64,000 nt of DNA from Euprymna scolopes (Eukaryota), in the NCBI GenBank assembly GCA_053919585.1, contig CM132788.1; one strand, given 5' to 3'. The position numbers and the translations under genes are program-made. Positions 11,304 through 27,046 of the stretch are shown here, piece by piece. The notes below the pieces were generated by a model. That model was not told where the DNA came from, did no database searches, and saw only the letters and a list, made by a program, of their open reading frames with translations. Position 1 is the first letter of the stretch, and each line of letters starts with the position of its first letter.

Positions 11304-14300
11304 TGTAGCAGAATCAGCAATAATTGAAATGAGGGCAATAAAGAGCTTACCTCGGGCTGAGTAGAAGAGAGTTTTTTTGTCTACTTCTTCATCTTCCTCT
11401 ATTGCAGCCAAGAAATCCCTCCCTGAGTTGTGCAGGGCGAAACTGAATATTTCCTATCTTTGTTCCTGATTTTTGGCCAACTACATTTTTCTACATAAAC
11501 TAAAGAGTTTTGCATTATTTCAGTGATTTGTTGGCACAAAGTGAGTGAGATATGTAAATTAAGGCGTTAATAAATATGGGACATCGTCTTAGCTTTTGCA
11601 TAACACTCTTAAGAGAGTGTTATTCAGAAGCTAAATACACGCAGGAGCTCTGCACCTGGGATAGATAATGGTTGGCCTGTGCAGTACCCAGAGGATAAAT
11701 TGGGACCCCCCCCCCAAAAAAAAAGACCTAATTCCCCTGATCACTGTGAACAAAGCCAAAGTGCGCTTGGTGATGGATTCCCAGGAGCTAAATTGTTTGT
11801 GCAGCTAAGCTGCGGCTAATGGAGACAAAAAGGTACTAACGTGTCTACTGGACACCACAACTCCATGAGACACTGTGACCATACCAGACTGGAAATCGAC
11901 AGGAAAAAATTCTCTGGGGTTCAGTTTGAATGTGGCTCCCCTGATAATGAGAGCAATTGCCAGTGAAGTATTATCCCAGGAAGAAGTTGTAAGCCGCGCA
12001 GCATCTGCTTACATTGATGATATTTTAGTCAATGAAGACTTGGTGCCCACGACCAATGTAAGAGAACACCTCACGCAGGTGGGATTGGAGTGCAAGAACG
12101 GTTGAAGGATGGTGTATGGGTGCTGGGATTGGCAGTCAAGATGGAATGCAGTGAACTGCGGTTGAAGCGAGAAAATGCAATTCCAGAGGCTCCCAGTATG
12201 ATGAAAAATTTGTTGTCGACTTGTCAGGAACTTTCCGGTGCGCTGTTGGTTTCGTGTGGCTTGTGGCAAAGGGCTGGGATGATGAAGCAAGGGACACCGT
12301 ACTGCATCCTTAGAATCTTTGCAGAAAGTCTTATGTTTTTCGTATATTTAGTTCATTGATTTGAAAAGAAAACTTAACAAAACTAAATAGATGGTTTTCT
12401 TGCAAGCAAGCAATTGACAAAATGAAAATATACCTGCTTGAAAATTGTACACACAACTGTTTCATAAAAGCTATGGTGTACTGCTGTATATAAGCTGATT
12501 GGAGCTAGCATTAACCCATACATTCAGTGCTATAATAAAGACGGAGCAAGGGGCTACACATAAAGACCATTGGGTCTCGGACATGTTAACTGGAAAGGCG
12601 CGAGTACGCACCAAAACAGCAAGAAAAAATGCTTATTATAGGAAGCGACTAAGCACTCTCATAAAAGAGTACGCACTGACACAGTGGACATGACGCTGGT
12701 TCAAGTGGACATGACATGAGTACCACAAAATGGTTGAGGCAATGAAAAAGAGAAACGGGCTGGACCCGATGATAGGTGGACATCTGGGGGTGCGGTGTTT
12801 GTCAATCACGACAAAAGAAACTGCTAAAACGGTCATCGCGAGGCAGGATCCGGCAAGCGTGATTCATCAGTTCTATGGAACAGACTGGTGGCAATAACGG
12901 TGATGATGAGGAAGATGGCAAGGAGAAAGTGCTGCTCCCAGTTCTTTGAAGAAGTACTGCCCTGCCCTGTTGTGAGCAATAACTGAAATGAGGGGAAATA
13001 AAGAGCTTCCCTCGGGCTGAGTGGAAGAGAGTTCCAAGATGGCATCCATGGGTTTTTATTTATACCCAATGAAATTCTTACAGAATCATGTCTGCTCTTG
13101 GGCGATGATGCAAATAAAAGCAGTGAGGAGTGTCCTGTAGATTGTGTGTGTGTAAGTGTTTCTGGCAGTTGGAGAAGCGAATTTTTGGGAATTCTTTACA
13201 TCAAAGTTATTAGTGTTTATGAATAAATTGGGACCACTTTTTGGGGAACTATGCGGCTGTATTTTTTGTAGCCAGTCTTATGATTTTCGTATATTTAGTT
13301 CATTGATTTAGTCGTTTAGAAAGCTTAACAAAACTAAACAGGTGTTTTTCTTGCAAAATGAAAATATTCGGTTGTACCTGCTGGAAAATTGTACACACAA
13401 CTGTTTCATCAAATCTTCGGTGTACTGCTGTAAGCTGATTGTAAGCTTTATAAGGAGTTTCTCTTGCTGTGTGTGTGATGATGAGGAAGTGAAGGACTGT
13501 CGAAAACACGGAATACGGTGTTACTGGTGCAGTGAGGGTGTACATTTGGCTCAGAACGTCTCGGGAAACGCACAAGGCGCATAAGTGTCCTCCCCTTCCC
13601 CACCAAAATGCGAACAATGCTCCCAGTGACAGGAATCCATGTTTAAAGGGATGCGATGTTTGACGCTTACAGTATGCTCTAGGACGATTTTACATGCAGA
13701 CTGGTGCCAATCTTGGAGAAAAACGAACATTAATGTCCAAATAATTGGTGGAATATCCCATGCGCGCTGCAATGTTATTATCGTTGTCGAGCCTACAGGA
13801 TCAGTGCGGCCTGGCGGCAGAAAACATATTACATTCACACCCATTTCTATTAACCGGATTTCACCACCACCTTTGACCATCAAAACCGAACGTGGACTGC
13901 ATCTTGGAAGTCGTCTGAGGATCACCCTCCTGAAAGGCTACACAATCCAATCGAGTGTTAGCAGTAATCCATGACGAATATACTCAGGAGCTCCGCAACT
14001 GGATAAATAATGGTTGGCTCGTGACGTACCCAGAGAATAAATTGGGACCCCCTCCCCCCCAAAGGCCTAATTCCCCTGATCGCTGTGAACGCAGCCAAAG
14101 TGCGCTTGGTGATGGATTACTAGGAGCTAAATTGTATGTGCAGCTAAGCTGCGGCAAATGGGAACAAAAAGGTCTACTGGACACCATGAGACAATGTGGC
14201 CATATCAGACTGTGGAAATCGACAGTTTAAAATATTCTGGGGTTCAGTTTGAATGTGGCTCCCCTGATGATGAGAGCAATTGTCAGCGAAGTATTATCCC

Positions 14301-17300
14301 AGGAAGAAGTTGTAAGCCGCGCAGCATCTGCTTACAAATTGATGACATTTTTGTCAATGAAGATGTCGTGCCCACAACCACTGTAAGAGAAAACCTAGCG
14401 CAGGTCGGATTGGCATGCAAGAACGGTTGAAGGACGGTGTATGGGTGCTGGGGTGTATGGAATGCAGTGAACTGCGATGGAAGCAAAGAAATGCAATTCC
14501 AGAGGCTCCCAGTCTGATGAACAATGTGTTGTCAACTTGTCGGGCACATTCCGGTGTGCGGTTGGTTTCGTGTGGCTTGTGGAGTAACAAAGGGCTGGGA
14601 TGATGAAGCAAGGTACACCATACTGCATCCTTAGGATCTTTGCAGCAAGGTAATTTGAGCTAGCATTAATCCATACATTCAGCAAAGTGCTACAATAAAG
14701 ACAGAGCAAGGTGCTACACATAAAGACCATTGGGTCTCAGACACGCTAACTGGTAGGGCACGAGTACGCATCAAAGCATCAAGCAAAGATGCTTATTATA
14801 GGAAGCGACTAAGCACTCTCATAAAAGAGTACGCGCTGACACAGTGGACATGACACGAGTACCACAAAATGGTTGAGGCAATGAAAAAGAAAAACTGGCT
14901 GGACCCGGTGATAGGTGGACATCTGGGGGTGCGGTGTTTGTCAATCACGACAAAAGTAACCGCTAAAACTGTCATCGCGAGGCAGGATCCGGCAAGCGTG
15001 ATTCATGGAACAGACTGGTGGCAATAACGGTGATGATGAGGAAGATGGCATAGAGAAAGTGCTGTTCCCAGTTCTTTGTAGAAGTACCTGACAAACACGA
15101 CTGCCTCCCCCCTTTCCTGTTGTAATCATGAGTGTAGCAGAATTAGCAATAATTGAAATGAGGGGAAGAGATTTCCAAGATGGCGTCCATTGGTTTTTAT
15201 TAGCGTTGATCCAATTAAATGCTTACAGGCGATGATGCAAATAAAAGCAGTGAGTAGTGTCCTGTAGATTGTGTGTGTGTAAGTGTTTCTGGCAGTTGGA
15301 GAAGCGAGTTATCTTCTGCCTTTTTTTTTGTCTACTTCTTCATCTTTCTCCCTCCCTGAGTAGTGCAGGGCGAAACTGAATATTTCCTATCTTTGTCCCT
15401 GATTTTTGGCCAACTACATTTTTCTACATAAACTGAAGAGTTTCGCTTTATTTCAGTGATTTGTTGGCACAAAGTGAGTGAGGTATGTAAATTAAGGCGT
15501 TAATAATATGGGACTTCGTTTTAGATTCTGAATAACACTCAGAAGCTAAAACGATGTTCCATAAAGAAATATTATTCAGAAGCTAAACGTAAAGAAATCG
15601 CGATTATTTTATTTCTAAATTATGTTTCAATTCCTGCAAACTGGCTTAAATGTGTCTTGCTATCACTTTAGTGTTACGATTTAAATATTATCATGTGTCG
15701 AGGAAAAAATTGACAAAATGAGCCAAAATCCATGGCTGTTGCAATTGTTGCAAAAGTGTTTCTCTGTTGCGTATGCATAAAATGCAGTTGTAAATTAAGG
15801 CGCAGGAAAGCTTTTAGTGTTTAGGCGCAGGAAAGTTATTAGTGTATACAGCCGCATACTTCCCAAAACAGGGGTCCCAATTTGGGACCCCTGTTTTGGG
15901 AAGTATGCGGCTGTATTTGTTGTAGCCAGTCTAATGATTTTCGTTCAATGATTTGGTCGTTTAGAAAACTTAACAAAACTAAATAAGTGTTTTTCTTGCA
16001 AAATGAAAATATTCGGTTCTACCTACTTTAAAATTGTACAATTGCACAACTGTTTCATCAAATCTTCTGTGTATTGCTGTATGTAAGCTGATTTTAAGCT
16101 GTATAAGGAGTTTCTCTTGCTGTGTGTGTAATGATGAGGAAGTGAAGGACTGTCGAAAACACGGAATACCGTGTTACTGGTGCAGTGAGGGTGTAGATTC
16201 GGCTCAGAACGTCTCGGGAAACGCACAAGGCGCATAAGCGCCCTCCCCTTCCCCACCAAGAGGCGAACTCAATGCTCCCAGTGACAGGAATCCATGTTTG
16301 AAGGGACGCAATGTTTGACGCTTACAGGATGCTCTAGGACGATTTTACATGCAGCCCGGTGCCGATCTTGGAGAAAAACGAACATTAATGTCCAAATAAT
16401 TGGTGGAATATCCTATGCGCGCTGCAGTGTCATTGTCGTTGTCCAGCATACAGGATCAGTGCATATGGCGGCAGAAAGAATATTCAATTCACACCCATTT
16501 CTATTATTTCACCACCACCTTTGACCATCAAAACCGAATGTCGACCGCATCTTGGAAATGGTCTGATAGGCTACACAATCCAATTGAGTGTTAGCAGTAA
16601 TCCGTGAAGAATACACGCAGGAGCTCCGCACCTGGATAGATAATGGTTGGCTCGTGACGTACCCAGAGAATAAATTGAGACCCCCCCCTAAAGGCCTAAT
16701 ACCCCTGATCGCTGTGAATGAAGCCAAAGTGTGCTTGGTGATGGATTACTAGGAGCTAAATTGTTTGTGCAGCTAAGCTGTGCAAATGGGGACAAAATGG
16801 TCTACTGGACACCACAACTCCATGAGACACTCTGGCTATACCAGACTGTGGAAATCGACAGGGAAAAATACTTTGGGGTTCTGTTTGAATGTGGCTCCCC
16901 TGATGATGAGAGCAATTGTAAGCGAAGTATTATCCCAGGAAGAAGTTGTAAGCCGCGCAGCATCTGCTTACAAATTGATGACATTTTTGTCAATGAAGAC
17001 GTGGTGCCCACGACCACTGTAAGAGAACACCGAGCGCAAGTGGGATTGGAGTGCAAGAACGATTGAAGGACGGTGTATGGGTGCTGGGATTGGCAGTCCA
17101 GATGGAATGCAGATAACCGTGGTGGAAGCGAGGAAATGCAATTCCAGAGGCTCCCAGTCTGATGAACAATATGTTGTCGACTTGTCGGCCACTTTCCGGT
17201 GTGCGGTTGGTTTCGTGTGGCTTGTGGAGTAACAAAGGGCTTGGATGATGAAGCAAGGGACACCGTACTGCATCCTTAGAATCTTTGCAGCAAGGTAATT

Positions 17301-20300
17301 GGAGCTAGCATTAACCCATACATTCAGCAAAGTGCTACAATAAAGACAGAGCAAGGTGCTACACATAAAGATCATTCGGTCTCTGAGACACTAACTGGAA
17401 AGGGGCGAGTACGCACCAAAACAGCAACCAAAGATGCTTATTATAGGAAGCGACTAAGCACTCTCATAAAAGAGTATGCGGTGACACAGTGTGCATGATG
17501 CTGGTTCAAGTGGATATGACACGAGTACCACAAAATGGTTGAGGCAATGAAAAAGAAAAACGGGTTTGACCCGGTGATAGGTGGACATCTGGGAGTGCGG
17601 TGTTTGTTAATCACGACAAAAGCTAAAACGGTCATCGCGAGGCAGGATTCGGCAAGCGTGATTCATCAGTTCTATGGAACTGGTGGCAATAACGGTGATA
17701 ATGAGGAAGATGGCATAGAGAAAGTGCTGATCCCGGTTCTTTTAAGAAGTACCCGACAAAGACGACTGCCCCCCCTTCCCTGTTGTGATCATGAGTGTAG
17801 CAGAATTAGCAATAACTGAAATGTGGCGAAATAAAGAGCTTACCTTGGGCTGAGTGGACGAGCGTCCATGGGTTTTTATTCCGTTGACCCAATTAAATTC
17901 TTACAGAATAATGTCTGCTCTCGGGCGATTATGCAAAAATATAATTGCTTATAAAAGCAGTGAGGAGTGTCCTGTAGATTGTGTGTTTCCGGCAGTTGGA
18001 TTGTGCTTGTATATTTTTTTTTTGGTTTTGTCTCTTTCTTCATCTTCCTCTACTAGAGCCAAAAAATCCCTCCCTGAGTAGTGCAGGGCGAAACTGAATA
18101 TTTCCTATCTTTGTTCTTGATTTTTGGCCAACTACATTTTTCTACATAAACTAAAGAGTTTCGCTTTATTTCAGTGATTTGTTGGCATAAATTGAGTGCA
18201 ATAAATGTAAATCGTTTTAGCTTCTGAATAACAACAGAGTGTTGTTCGGAAGCTAAAACGATGTTCCGTAAAGAAATATTATTCAGAAGGTAAGCAATGT
18301 CCCGTAAAGAAATCGCAATTATTTAATTTCTAAACTATGTTTAAAGAAAAAGCCGAATGTAAAATGACTAAAAAAGTTAAACTGCAACTAAAATGACTTA
18401 AATGTGTCTTGCTATTACGATTTAAATATTATCATGTGTCGAGCAAAAAATTGACAAAATAAGCAAGAATCCATGGCTGTTCCAATTACTTTCCTATTGT
18501 GGCAATTGCATTGCAATGTTGCAAAAGTGTTTCTCTGTTGTGTATGCATAATATGCGGTTGTAAATTAAGGCGCAAGAGTTTTGGGAATTCTTTGTATCA
18601 AAGTTATTAGTGTTTATGAATAAATTGTGACCCCTTTTTTGACAAGTATGCGGCTGTATTTTTTGTAGCCAGTCTTATGATTTTCGTATATTTAGTTCAT
18701 TGATTTGATCGTTTAGAAAACTTAACAAAACTAAATAGGTTTTTTTCTTGCAAGCGAGCAATTGACAAAATGAAAATATTCGGTTGTACCTGCTTGAAAA
18801 TTGTATGCACAACTGTTTCATAAAAACTACGGTGTACTGCTGTATGTAAGCTGATTGTAAACTTACTGTGTGTGTGATGATGAGAAAGTGAAGGACTGTT
18901 GAAAACGCGGAACACAGTGTTACTGGTGCAGTGAGTGTGAACATTTAGCTTGGAACGTCTTAGGAAAACGCACAAGGTGCATAAGCGTCCTCCCCTTCCC
19001 CACCAAGATGTGAACTCAACGCTCCCAGTGAAAGGAATCCATGTTTGACGGGATGCTCTAGGACAGGATGCTCTAGGACGGCGCCGATCTTGGAGAAAAA
19101 CGAACATGAATGCCCAAACGATTGGTGGAATATCCCATGCGCGCTGCAGTGTCATTGTCGTTGTCGAGTCTACAGGATCAGTGCGGCCTGGCGGCAGAAA
19201 AAATATTAAATTCACACCCATTTCTATTAACCAGATTTCACCGCCACCTTTAACCATCAAAACCGAGCGTGGACCACATCGTGGACGTGGTCTGAGGATC
19301 ACCCTCCTGAAAGGCTACACAATCCAATCGAGTGGCAGCAGAAATCCGTGAAGAATACATGCAGGAGCTCCGCACCTGGATAGATAATGGTTAGCTCGTG
19401 ATGTACCCATAGAATAAATTGGGCCCCCCCCTCCTAAAGGCATAATTCTCCTGATCGCTGTGAACAAAGCCAAAGTGCGCTTGGTGATGCTCGTTTGTGC
19501 AGCTAAGCTGCGGCAAATGAAAACAAAAAGGTGCTAACGTGTCTACTGGACCCAACCACTACATGAGACACTGTGGCCATACCAGACTGTGGAAAAAAAA
19601 ATCTGGGGTTCGGTTTGAATGTGGCTCCCCTGATAATGAGAGCAATTATCCCAGGAAGTTGTAAGCCGCGCAGCATCTGCTTACATTGATGACATTTTTG
19701 CTCACGACAAATGCCCACGACCAGGTCGGATTGGAGTGCAAGAACGGTTGAAGAACGGTGTATTGGTATGGGCAGTCAAGATGGAATGCAGCGAACTGCT
19801 GTGGAAGCAAGGAAATGCAATTCCAGAGGTTCCAAGCATGATGTTGTCGAATTTTCGGGTACTTTCCGGTGTGCGGTTGGTTTCGTGTTTCTTGTAAATG
19901 AAAAGGCGCGAGTACTCACCAAAGCAACAAACAAAGAGTCTTATTATAGGAAGTGACTAAGCACTCTCAAGGAGTTAATAAAAGAGTACGCGCTGACACA
20001 GTGGACATGACGCTGATTCAAGTGGACATGACACGAGTACCACAAAATGGTTGAGGCAATGAAAAAGAAAAACGGGCTGGACCCAGTGATAGCACGACAT
20101 CTGGGGGTGCGGTGTTTGTCAATCACGACAAAAGTAACCGCTAAAACGGTCATCGCGAGGCAGAATTCGGCAAGCGTGATTCATGGAACAGACTGGTGGC
20201 AATAACGGTGATAGTGAGGAAGATGGCAAGGAGAAAGTGCTTTTCCTGGTTCTTTGAAGAAGTACCCGACAAAGACGACTGCCTCCCCTCTGTCTTGTTT

Positions 20301-23300
20301 TAATCATGAGTGTATCAGAATTAGCAATAACTGAAATGAGGGGAAGAGTGTTCCAAGATGGCGTCCATGGGTTTTTATTGGCGTTGATCCAATTAAATTC
20401 TTACAGAATCATATCTGCTCTCGGCCGATGATGCAAATAAAACCAGTTAGGAGTGTCCTGTAGATTGTGTCTGTGTAAGTGTTTCTGGCAGTTGGGAAAG
20501 CGAGTTATCTCCTGCCTTTTTTTTTTGTCTACTTCTTGACAGCCAAGACATCCATCCCTGAGTAGTGCAGGGCGAAACTGAATATTTCCTATCTTTGTCC
20601 CTGATTTTTTGCCAATTACATTTTTCTACATAAACTAAAGAGTTTCGCTTTATTTCAGTGATTTGTTGACACAAAGTGAGTGAGGTATGTAAATCGTTTT
20701 AGCTTCTGAATAACAAGAGAGTGTTATTCAGAAGCATAAACGATGTTCCATAAAGAAATATTATTCAGAAGCTAAACGATGTCCCGTAAAGAAATCGCTA
20801 TTATTTAATTTCTAAATTATGTTTAAAAAAAGTTAAACTCCCTAATGTAAAATTGCTTAAAAAGTTAAACTGCAACTAAAATGACTTAAATGTGTCTTGC
20901 TATTACGATTTAAATATTATCATGTGTCGAGCAAAAAATTGACAAAATAAGCAAGAATCCACGGCTGTTCCATTGTACTTTTCAATTGCAACGTTGCCCT
21001 AGTTGCAAAAGTGTTTCTCTGTTGCGTATGCATAAAATGCGGTTGTAAATTAAGGCACAAGAGTTTTGGGAATTCTTTGCATCAAAGTTATTAGTGTTTA
21101 TGAATAAATTGTGACCCCTTTTTTGACAAGTATGCGGCTGTATTTTTTGTAGCCAGTCTTATGATTTTCGTATATTTAGTTCATTGATTTGGTCGTTTAG
21201 AAAACTTAACAAAATTAAATAGGTTTTTTTCTTGCAAGCGAGCAATTTACAAAATGAAAATATTCGGTTGTACCTGCTTGAAAATTGTACGCACAACTGT
21301 TTCATAAAATCTATGGTGTACTACTGTATGTAAGCTGATTGTAAGCTTCCTGTGTGTGTGATGATGAGAAAGTGAAGGAGTGTCAAAAACGCGAAACACA
21401 GTGTTACTGGTGCAGTGAGCGTGTACATTGGGCTCGGAACGTCTCGGAAAAATGCACAAGGCCCATAAGCGTCCTCCCCTTTCCCACTAAAATGCGAACA
21501 CAACGCTCCCAGTGACAGGAATCCATGTGCGCTGCAGTGTCGTTGTCGTTGTACAGCATACAGGATCTGGCGGCAGGAAGAATATTAAATTCACACCCAT
21601 TTCTATTATTTCACCGCCACCTTTGACCATCAAAACTGAAAGTCGACTGCATCGTGGCTACACAATCCAATCGAGTGTTAGCAGAAATCCGTGAAGAATA
21701 CATGCAGGAGCTCCGCACCTGGATAGATAATGGTTGGCTCGTGACGTACCCAGAGAATAATTCCCCTGATCGCTGTGAATGAAGCCAAAGTGTGCTTGGT
21801 GATGGATTACTAGGAGCTAAATTGTTTGTGCAGCTAAGCTGTGCAAATGGGGACAAAATGGTCTACTGGACACCACAACTCCATGAGACACTCTGGCTAT
21901 ACCAGACTGTGGAAATCGACAGGGAAAAATACTTTGGGGTTCGGTTTGAATGTGGCTCCCCTAATAATGAGAGCAATTGTAAGCGAAGTATTATCCCAGG
22001 AAGAAGTTGTAAGCCACGCAGCATCTGCTTACAAATTGATGACATTTTTGTCAATGAAGATGTGGTGCCCACGACCACTGTAAGAGAACACCTAGCGCAG
22101 GTGGGATTGGAGTGCAAGAACGGTTGAAGGACGGTGTATGGGTGCTGGGGTGTATGAAATGCAGTGAACTGCAGTGAAAGTGAGGAAATGCAATTCCAGA
22201 GGCTCCCAGTCTGATGAACAATGTGTTGTCGACTTGTCGGGCACTTTCCGGTGTGCGGTTGGTTTCGTGTAGCTTGTGGAGTAAGGGCTGGGATGATGAA
22301 GCAAGGGACACCGTACTGCATCTTTAGAATCTTTGCAGCAAGGTAATTGGAGCTAGCATTAACCCATACATTCAGCAAAGAGCTACAATAAAGACAGAGC
22401 AAGGTGCTACACATAAAGACCATTGGGTCTCTGAGACACTAACTGGAAAGGGGCGAGTACGCACCAAATCAGCAACCAAAGATGCTTATTATAGGAAGCG
22501 ACTAAGCACTCTCATAAAAGAGTACACGCTGACACAGTGTGCATGACGCTGGTTTGAGTGGACATGATATGAGTACCACAAAATTGTTGAGTCAATGAAA
22601 AAGAAAAACGGGCTTGACTGGGGGTGCGGTGTTTGTCAATAACGACAAAAGCGGCAAGCGTGATTCATGGAACAGACTTGAATATGATTCATGGAACAGC
22701 ACTTTCTCCTTCATGGATTCATGGAACAGCACTTTCTCCTTGCCATCTTCCTCATTATCACCGTTATTGAACAGTGATAATGAGGAAGATTGCAAGGTTC
22801 TTTGAAGAAGAACCCGACAAAGACGACTGCCCATCCCCTTCCCTGTTGTGATCATTAGTGTATCAGAATTAGCAATAATTGAAATGAGGGGAAATAAAGA
22901 GCTTACCTTGGGCTGAGTGGAAGAGAGTTCCAAGAGGGCGTCCATTGGTTTTTATTGGCGTTGACCCAATGAAATTCTTACAGAATCATGTCTGTTCTCG
23001 GGCGATTATGCAAATATATAATTGCTTATAAAAGATTGTAGATTGTGTGTGTGTAACTATTTCTGGCAGTTGGATTGTTCTTGTATATGCGAGAAGCGAG
23101 TTATCTACTGCCTTTTTTTTTTTTTGAGTTTCTGTCTCCTTCTTCATCAGCCAAGAAATCCCTCCCTAAGTAGTGCAGGGCGAAACTGACTATTTCCTAT
23201 CTTTGTTCCTGAGACTCTACATTTTTCTACATAAAACATGCTTTGCCAACTACATTTTTCTACATAAAACATGGTTTTCTCGCGAACGATTAGGTTTTCC

Positions 23301-25844
23301 CTGCTTGAAAATTTACTCCCGACTGTTTTACTTCGGTATGTAAGCTGATTGCTGTCTAGGAGTTTCTCTAATGTGTTGTCACCACTTGAATGCAAATGCA
23401 AAGCAAGACAAATATCTTTTTTGTAGACATATTTTCAATGTTCATTCCATTTTTGAACAGAAGTTACCTTTCCGACATATCTGATATTCTGAAAAGAAAT
23501 TGATATTATTAAATTTCGGACGTATTTCAGACGTATTTAAATTAAGGTGTTAATAAATTCTGGGACTTCATTTTTGGGAAGTTTCTAGTGTGATTTTATG
23601 TTCGTTTCTGCCCAGATGAAATCGCAATAAATCCATTTCTAAATTATGTTTCGATTCCTTCAAAAAGTTAAACTTCCTTGCTATTTTCTTATTGTAAAAG
23701 AGCTATGGTTGATTAGTTGTAAAATGTCCTGGCAAAGTCCCTTGTGATGAATTGATCTGGAAATTTAAAATGTTCTGGAGAATTGATTGGAAAATGCCTT
23801 GAAAAGGTCCATTTCTGGTTGATATATTTTAAAATGCCCTGGAAAATATCTTAAATTTCGAATTAGAGCGACGGTCATAGGAATCGAAATAATCGTAGTA
23901 AATAGTAGTGTTTATGAAATTATTTTTCAATTCTTGATAAAAGGTAGAGTAGCTAGTGATTCGGCTGTGTTTTTCGGATTTCAGTGATTTGATTGGTTTG
24001 GAAAACTAAACTAAACTAAAGAGATGTTTATATCGCAAGCGAGCAATTGAAAAAATGAAAAATATCCGGTTTATACCTGCTTGAAAATTGTACTCCAAAC
24101 TGTTTCATAAAAGCTTGTGCTAGTTGCTGTAAACTGATTGCTGTTTGAATAATGCGCTGTCACCGCTTGAATTTAACGGATTAAGATTTATTGCACGGTG
24201 GGCTATTCAATTTGTCAGGCGATCTCTTTTTTTTTTTTTTTCTCATTGGCTCACATACTTAAATAATTTGTTGATATCTAAAAAAAAGCAAAGAACACAA
24301 TTTGTTAATTATTTGTTAATTGGAAGATATTTCTGAGCGTATTAGTTTTTTCCATTTTCCGAGGTTTCTTAAAGAAGAGAAAAAATATAAATATCAAGTC
24401 AAGACGATTGATCTCAAAATTGATATCTTTTTGTAGAAAAGTTTCCATTGAAAAAAATTATTAAATATTTTGACATATTTTGAATTTTGTAAGGTCTCTT
24501 TTGGTTTTGGTATTTTATTATTATTTTATTTATTTATTGGCAATTCTCGTTACTCTTGCTTCCTCTTATTTGTCTCTCAGTCCTCATTTCCAATGAGTAA
24601 TGTTTCTGACAAAGGGTGAAGAAAAAGCTGCTCTCGAGGTGTCCTGATATGTCGAAAATTTTCTGTTCCTGTGGCCATGTAAGTAAGGGTTGCTGGAGGT
24701 TTCATCTGGGCTGACGTTATCCAAACCTTAGATTAGATAGGAGTAAGGAGGCCGTCCAATCAGCTGGTGCAAAATACTGTATTGCATTTGGTGAATGGAC
24801 TCTGGACTATTCTAGTGGGGCCTCTTGATGCCATACTTCTGGGTAATTGTTATGGCCACAAAAAAAAAATGCAAATAAATCCTCTCTTTTTCTCTTATAC
24901 TTTTCCACCCTGGAAAACCTCATCAGAAGAATTTAAGAATTTAAGAATTCAGTGATACGTTATCTCCTTCTCTGTAGAGACCAACAAGTGTCCTGCTCTA
25001 ACCAAGTCTGTCGACCTGTTCCTCAAATCCCAATCCTCAACATGAAATACCTCCAGAAAAATAACAACGTAGACATATCTTCTACTGGGTACTGTGTTTT
25101 CATTAGCGTTGACACAATGAAATTCTTACAGAATCATGTCTGCTCTCGGGCGATTATGCAAATATATAATTCCTTATAAGAAATTATATATTTGAGTGAG
25201 GAGTGTCCTGTAGATTGTGTGTTTCCGGCAGTTGGATTGTGCTTGTATATTTTTTTTTTGTTTTTGTCTCCTTCTTCATCTTCCTCTATTACAGCCAAGA
25301 ACTCCCTCCCTGAGTAGTGCAGGGCGAAACTGAATATTTCCTATCTTTGTTCCTGATTTTGTGCCAACAAATCACTGAAATAAAGCGAAACTCTTTAGTT
25401 TATGTAGAAAAATGTAGTTGGCCAAAAATCAGGAACAAAGATAGGAAATATTCAGTTTCGCCCTACACTACTCAGAGAGGGAGTTTTTGGCACAAAGTGA
25501 GTGAGGTACGTAAATCGTTTTAGCTTCTGAATAACAAGAGAGTGTTATTCGGAAGCTAAAATAATGTTCCATAAAGAAATATTATTAAGAAGCTAAACGA
25601 TGTCCCGTGAAGAAATCACGATTATTTGATTTCTAAATTATGTTTAAAAAAAGTTAAATGGCTTAAAAAATTAAACTGCAACTAAAATGGCTTAAATGTG
25701 TTTTTCTATTACGATTTGAATATTATCATGTGTCGAGCAAAAAATTGACAAAATAAGCAAGAATCCACGGCTGTTCCATTGTACTTTCCAATTGTGGCAA
25801 TTGCATTGAAACGTTGCCCTAGTTGCAAAAGTGTTTCTCTGTTG

Positions 25845-26824
25845 TGTGACATTCGCTGTGGGTATGTATATAATTAATATATACGAATTTGGGAAGGACC
25901 GATCAGCGAATGCGCTAAGCTATGGTTCTCCCTTCTAGAATCCAAAGCGCGCTGAGGTTAGATGGACTAATGTTTCCATTGTGATATTTTATATACATCA
26001 AATAACAAAGAGAAGAAAAAAAAAAACAAACGGCGGATTATATTTTTATTCCAAAATCACGGGTGCATCACGCACGATTCTTCTTTTATTATTAAATGTA
26101 GAAAAGTATGGAGAGGGAGATTCTCTTGGTTGTTTTGTTTTTTTTATATAAAAAAAAAATGAAATGTCACATTACTCATTTATATATATATATATATATA
26201 TGCCAATTCAATATATTGATGCTGAAATAATAATCAATCATTCGCATATTAAATCGGAACTTGATTCCTTTTCTCTCTTTTTTTTTTCTTATATTTAGAA
26301 AAATGAAATGTCACATTACTCATTTATATGCATATGCCAATTCAATATATTGATGCTGAAATAATAATCAATCATTCGCACATTAAATCGGAACTTGATT
26401 CCCTTTTTTTTTTGTGTCATAGTGCATCCGCACTTCATGATATAGAGAAGAGGAAATATCTGCACAACGTTCTTGACCTCTTCCGAGGACCATATTGGTT
26501 GCTTTCTCTCATTTTTTTTTTTACGTAATTAAAGCCCCCGCTATGAAAAATTCTTTTTCATACTTGTCGTATCGCCTTCCGCGTTAAAAGAAAAATGCCT
26601 GTATTTACCTTAGGTTTTCCAGGTTCATATTCCTCTTTCTTTTTTTTTTATCTTGATGGGGTTAAATCGGTAATTCCTCTTTTTTCTAATTCCCACGTGG
26701 TGCGCTGCGTCTATCCCATTTTTTTAATCTTCGCGGTAACTGACTCTTCTTGTTTCTGTTTTTTTTTCTTTTGCCGCCTTGGTTATCTCCCTTGGTCCTC
26801 GCTCCTGCTGATATTCTTTCTCTA

Positions 26825-26871
<47 letters not shown>

Positions 26872-26924
26872 CAACGTGCCGTTTCGACGGGTTTGTTTGC
26901 CTTTTTTCGTACGGGTCCGTCACA
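25845..26924 (-). repeat. 3' LTR (~1080 bp) of Gmr1-like element
   Basis: 6-bp terminal inverted repeats TGTGAC/GTCACA, homologous to 30820-31670, contains an internal tandem duplication (~26145-26410) and a (CT)n tract. Confidence 0.8.
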
Positions 26925-27046
26925 TCATTCTCCATAAAAGAAAAAAAAAATTTATCAGAAAAAATTTTTTTGAAATCCAGTCCCTCCCTGGATTGCGTCT
27001 AATTTATTTGTTCATCTCAGCATCTCTTTTTTTTTTTTTTTCTATT